Positions 59,668-64,000 of a DNA stretch of 64,000 nt are shown piece by piece. Positions within the stretch are counted from its first letter, which is position 1. The number at the start of each line of letters is the position of its first letter. The DNA comes from Nitrospirales bacterium (GTDB lineage Bacteria; Nitrospirota; Nitrospiria; Nitrospirales; UBA8639), in NCBI GenBank assembly GCA_965203295.1, contig CBDBCZ010000019.1, positions 896,001-960,000 on the forward strand. The letters run 5' to 3'. A program made the translations under genes and the position numbers. The notes under the pieces are model-generated. The model was given only the letters and a program-made list of their open reading frames with translations. It was not told the DNA's origin and searched no databases.

Positions 59668-59824
59668 TGTCAGGAGTATTTATGATGGTGTTCCTTCCAT
59701 CTCAGTAGTCGAACCATACCCCATCTTAGTCAGTATTCTTTTCCTTCTACCAACCCTTCTAGTCAGATTACCCCAGTCATCGAGAGTGTTCGTCGTCAGT
59801 CTGTACGAACAGTCTTTCAAAAGC

Positions 59825-59853
59825 GTAACAATCTTATAACATCCTCGTAATAT
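59825..59853 (+). promoter_or_regulatory. Second Pho-box array
   Basis: GTAACAA, ATAACAT, GTAATAT at exact 11-bp period, same consensus as the pstS array. Confidence 0.65.
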
Positions 59854-59874
59854 GGTTCCTTTATATGATCCTGT

Positions 59875-60214
59875 ATGCATACGAGAAATGATGAAGACTT
59901 CATCAAAGTCGGCGATTGATCTATTGATCGAGTCTCTTGCCAGGTCACGCTGAAGGATAAGCCAATAGGGCTCACCCAAAAGGAATTTCATCTGCTTTGG
60001 GTGTTGAGCTCAGAGCCCGAGAAGCTATTTCGTCGAGAGGAACTATTGCCCTTGGTGTTGGGACCGACATTACAGTTGAACCACGAACGGTCGATGCTTA
60101 TGTGCACGTCTGCGAAAAATCTTGGCAAAAGAAATTCCGCTCTCTTCCTCTGTTTCTATTGAAACTGTTTGGGGTATGAGTTACCGTTTAAGGATTATAT
60201 CTGTTCTTTCATAG
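59875..60214 (+). pseudogene. OmpR/PhoB-type winged-helix domain gene, disrupted
   Basis: IKVGD*SIDR..QVT....IGLTQKEFHLL...FRREELL / DITVEPRTVDAY / RLRK...IETVWGMSYRL; TGA at 59917 plus two frameshifts. Confidence 0.75.
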
Positions 60215-60336
60215 GTCAATGAACCGTACCTTTCTTTCTCTCTTTTCTTTGTCATTATTGGCTTAATCACAACACCTGAATTGTGCTCTCGTTCGTTCAG
60301 TTCCGAGGGTGTCAATACCACAAAAAGGTAAGAGGC

Positions 60337-61889
60337 ATGGCGAAGATCGCAGTGGTCGATATTGGAACAAATTCCATTCATATGGTCTTGACTGAGATTG
60401 ATCCAGACGGCTCATACAAAATCCTAGACCAATTTAAAGACATGACACGATTGGGTGATGGGACCTTTCAATCCCGCTCTCTGTCAGCGGAAGCGATAAA
60501 ACGAGATCTTAATGTCTTGCGCAATTTGACCACACTGGCGAGAAACAAGGGTTATGATCGCATTGTCATGGCAGCCACAAGCGCGGTCCGAGAAGCAAGA
60601 AATGGTGGGGCTTTTGTTGAACAAGTCGCCGGTCAAACAGGTATTCGGGTACGAGTGATCACGGGACAAGAGGAAGCCAGGTTAATTTATTTTGGCGTCC
60701 GTCACAGTATGGACCTGACTGCACATCCTTCACTTCTTATCGATGTCGGTGGGGGGTCTGTTGAACTCATATCCCGCAACAACAAAAAAATATTTGAGGG
60801 GCAAAGTTTAAAGTTAGGAGCCATAAGATTAAAGGATCAATTTCTTGCTCGAGGTCCATTAACGAAGACCAAAGTGCGAAATCTAGAAAGGACCATTGAC
60901 GTAGAGCTTCGAGCGGCATTGGAGAGCTTGAAGAACACTCAATTTGATCGACTCATTGCTTCGTCGGGAATGGCAGGAAATCTGGCCGAAATTATTTACC
61001 TCCATCGGACTGGAATGCCTATTCCACAATTAAACATGGCCACTCTGACTTTGAAAGAGGTCCGCGCTATTGAGAACCTTCTCGCGACGAGCAGCCTAAA
61101 AGCTCGCCTGGCTATCCCAGGGATTGACCCGAGGCGGGTGGATACGTTGCTTCCGGCTACAGCGGTGATCCGGAATCTGATGGAGCTCGTCGGACATAAA
61201 GAGGTGACGATCAGTGACATGGCGATGCGTGAAGGGTTGATCTATGATTTTCTTGAAAAGAATCGAGAACGACTTCAGATCGAACAGGACATTCCCAACA
61301 TCCGACTTCGCAATGTCACGTATTTAGCCTAGCGCTGTCACTATCAGAAGACCCATTCTCACCACGTTGCCAAGCTGGCTACAGCGTTATTCGACCAAAC
61401 ACAGCCATTACATGAATTGGGAGATCTGGAACGAAAATGGTTGAAATACACGGCAATCCTTCACGATATTGGATATCTGATTCATGCTCGTCAACACCAC
61501 AAACATTCTTATTATTTGATTAAACATAGTATTTGGCCGGGTTTACCGCTGAAGAAATCGAAATGATTGCCAACATCGCGCGCTACCATCGAAAGGCCGA
61601 CCCTGCAAAAGATCAGGTAGAGTATCAAGCCATGGCTCCGCAAGATCGTCGAACCATGGCCATGCTGAGTGCGATCCTCCGCATCGCAGACGGTCTCGAT
61701 CGTAGCCATTTTTCAGTCGTTCAGAATCTGCATGCCATTCTGGGAAAAACGGTCACGATTCAGTTGGATACCTTCGGGGATTCCGAATTGGAAGTCTGGA
61801 CAGCACAGGGGCGAGCACAGTTATTCGAGAAAATTTTCAAGAGAAAAGTGAAATTTCTCGCTCACGCGAAGAAAGCAGGTATTGCCTAG
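60337..61889 (+). pseudogene. ppx: Exopolyphosphatase Ppx/GppA with HD domain, disrupted
   Basis: VDIGTNS, ATSAVREA, EEARL, DVGGGSVE, REGL; in-frame TAG 61330-32, frame continues through ILHDIG...HHKHS, 1-nt frameshift near 61530 into IARYHRK...LRIADGLD. Confidence 0.88.
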
Positions 61890-62102
61890 ACTCAAGTCAT
61901 GACTGAATTGTGATCCTCGTGGTTTCCTCTGTGATTTTTTTCTAAAGGATTCTTGCCCTTTGTCGTGGGGCGGAGCCTCCACGAGGGTATGAGTGAATGA
62001 AAGATGAATTGTGGAAGCCCCCTATTCAGGAAGAATGTGTCAGAAAATATAAAGTAAGATGTAATGGTGCTTTCTAGGATTGACATGAAACGAAGGGAGA
62101 AT

Positions 62103-62762
62103 ATGAGAGGTTTCAAGATTCAATTTTTGATGTGGATTGGGGTCGCGGTAGGATTAGGTGGTTGTGAGACCCCGCAGTTCCCCACGGTCAACATCTATGA
62201 CAGCCCTGAACGGTTTGTGCGTCTTGAGGTGTATGATGATGGAAGTGACGGGAGGGGGTACTCCCATCCAGCCTATATATCTGAGGAAACTATGGCAAAG
62301 GTTATGAAGGGAGTGTACGTTCAATTTGGAAAATCGGGTAGATCATCGCGTCGAGCTTTTAATGATAAGGAGATAAAATTTTTCGCGCCTCTCTGGGTTA
62401 GAGGCTTTAGCCAAGCGACTCCCGAGGAAGTTGTCACCTTCTATGAAACTGCCGAAATTTCTGAACTCTATGAGATAACGACTTCAGGTGGAGTTTTTGT
62501 CAAAGACAAGGCCATCCATGTAGTTTTGAGCAACTATAGCGTGAGAACTCAGATTTGGCAGGACAATGATGAATATCGGGCTCCATTTCGGCTACGCCCT
62601 CTGAATCCTATTGAACAACAGCCAGGTCGGCTGGTGTTTGATCCACCTCAATTGATGATTCCACAAACAGAGAAATCATTTGCGAGTCTACTGAAAAGCG
62701 GAAGGCCTTGGCAGGTGGGCGTGTTGTATCAGGAACTGAATCGACAGAAAAGTGATCTCTGA
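62103..62762 (+). CDS. Hypothetical lipoprotein
   Basis: Signal peptide with lipobox LGGC; terminator downstream. Confidence 0.7.
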   Translation: MRGFKIQFLMWIGVAVGLGGCETPQFPTVNIYDSPERFVRLEVYDDGSDGRGYSHPAYISEETMAKVMKGVYVQFGKSGRSSRRAFNDKEIKFFAPLWVRGFSQATPEEVVTFYETAEISELYEITTSGGVFVKDKAIHVVLSNYSVRTQIWQDNDEYRAPFRLRPLNPIEQQPGRLVFDPPQLMIPQTEKSFASLLKSGRPWQVGVLYQELNRQKSDL

Positions 62763-62807
62763 TGAAGATTTGATTGATTAAAGAAATTACGTCGGATAAA
62801 CACAGTT

Positions 62808-62849
62808 GGGCCTCTCAGAATCTTGACGATAACTGAGAGGCTCTTTTTT
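62808..62849 (+). terminator. Terminator between convergent genes
   Basis: GGGCCTCTCAG ... CTGAGAGGCTC followed by T run. Confidence 0.65.
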
Positions 62850-62883
62850 ATGGATAAAATGTTAGGAGGAAGTCATGTCTTGA

Positions 62884-63999
62884 TCAGAAAGATATATCCC
62901 ACTGAAGTCTGACGCGATCTTCTGAGACATCACGTGGTGCAGACGGCATCCCAAAGTCGTCTCTTGTTGTTTCCAAGGTTAAATGGGAGAAATCAACCGT
63001 GAGTTTGTTTCGGTGTCCGGCAAAAAACCAATTGATGGCTCCGGTAAACTCTTCGAGGTTATCGTTATCGACAGATTGATTGGGATCGACAAAGCCGTAC
63101 CGGAAAGCCAGCTCTAACGGTTTGGGAATAATCGGAAAGACGTAATGTGGAAAGTATCCGATTTGTGCATAACTTCCCTGGAGATTCGTTTTGGAAAGTG
63201 TGGAACCGGTATTTGGGTTGTCGGAATCCTTGATCTGTTTCCAGTGATATTCATTCTGGATTGAGAGCCCTCGCCATTTTAACGCGAACTCTCCGACCAT
63301 ACCGTCAACGCGAAATTGACCATCCACAGCGTCACCATCTGAATCAAACCTTGGTAACCGACCGCATCCGCTCGAAGACCACCGAGTACACTTACCAATC
63401 GTGGTATAGCCGCCAACCGCAGCGCTTCCAGCTGGCTTCTCATGGTATTCGACGTCGCTCTGTGAAAATTTCAGGTCGCGGCCGAAGAAATTCCATTGAT
63501 AACGACCCATATACATCATGTTTGTATCGTCATTGCGTTCTCCTCTGCCAGAGCCGGTAAACACACCGGCGTAGTACCAAGAATCAGCTATTGTCCCGGG
63601 AGCCAAACGCCCATATGCCATGACTCCCACTTGACGATCAATGGTAAAGACGGTGTTCACAATCGATCGTTCGACGAATTGTTGTTTCCCGGACGAATCC
63701 ACACGTTCCCGGTTGTAGTTGATCTTCCACTGCCCAACCTGGAGCTGAAGCCATTTATATTTTTCAATCATAATACGCCAGTCAATGAGCCGAGTATCCG
63801 ACCCTGAAGACCCCGAACTCCGTGTGGGCTGCCAGTCTACCTCAAAATAATACTTGAGCCAGGGTTGATAGCCATGACCACCGACTTTCAAACGAACTCG
63901 GCGAAGCTCGAACGTTGTCTCATCGTTGTCAGAAAAGTCTTCAACGCTGTCTTCATCGGTCGAATCAGGGTTGGTCAACCGACCTTGAAAACGAAATTG
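62884..63999 (-). CDS. OprO/OprP-type (phosphate/anion-selective) porin, 5' end outside window
   Basis: FELRRVRL, VGQWK, QFVERS, amphipathic beta strands, C-terminal Phe; lies in phosphate cluster. Confidence 0.75.
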   Translation of the reverse strand, partial: QFRFQGRLTNPDSTDEDSVEDFSDNDETTFELRRVRLKVGGHGYQPWLKYYFEVDWQPTRSSGSSGSDTRLIDWRIMIEKYKWLQLQVGQWKINYNRERVDSSGKQQFVERSIVNTVFTIDRQVGVMAYGRLAPGTIADSWYYAGVFTGSGRGERNDDTNMMYMGRYQWNFFGRDLKFSQSDVEYHEKPAGSAAVGGYTTIGKCTRWSSSGCGRLPRFDSDGDAVDGQFRVDGMVGEFALKWRGLSIQNEYHWKQIKDSDNPNTGSTLSKTNLQGSYAQIGYFPHYVFPIIPKPLELAFRYGFVDPNQSVDNDNLEEFTGAINWFFAGHRNKLTVDFSHLTLETTRDDFGMPSAPRDVSEDRVRLQWDISF

Positions 64000-64000
64000 G

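Noticed and set aside
28565..61332. Amber recoding (pyrrolysine or TAG reassignment) suggested by in-frame TAGs in scpB, the FAD oxidoreductase and ppx
   Set aside because: The latter two also have frameshifts or TAA stops, other pseudogenes have TGA, and TAG ends intact genes normally (e.g. Rieske, pstA)

Overview
Bacterial chromosomal window, probably Nitrospirota (Nitrospirales-like). The taxonomy is inferred only from recognisable gene families and order. Order of contents: glyA 3' end, nrdR, a soluble two-component pair whose kinase has a Rossmann-like input domain, glutaredoxin-like and Zn-ribbon genes, addBA-like helicase/nuclease, lgt, Mrp/ApbC and a Rieske ferredoxin, a five-gene peptide/nickel ABC operon, a MEMO1-family gene, cyclophilin, MFS, a Lys-rich/acidic histone-like protein, peroxiredoxin, pentapeptide-repeat protein, scpAB, a broken FAD/CCG oxidoreductase, accA-dnaE, cytochrome c, a J-domain protein, a B12-binding radical SAM, a second ABC operon without ATPases and a TM0106 nuclease. 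The last ~19 kb is a phosphate island: phoBR, pstSCAB-phoU, ppk1, CYTH-CHAD, hisN-like, ppx and an OprO/P-type porin. Four pseudogenes are visible. In the phosphate island, uptake and polyP synthesis genes look intact while ppx, CYTH-CHAD and a Pho-box-preceded winged-helix regulator are broken. Intergenic DNA carries several palindromic or structured repeat families and heptamer tracts. No rRNA, tRNA, CRISPR array or transposase was recognised.
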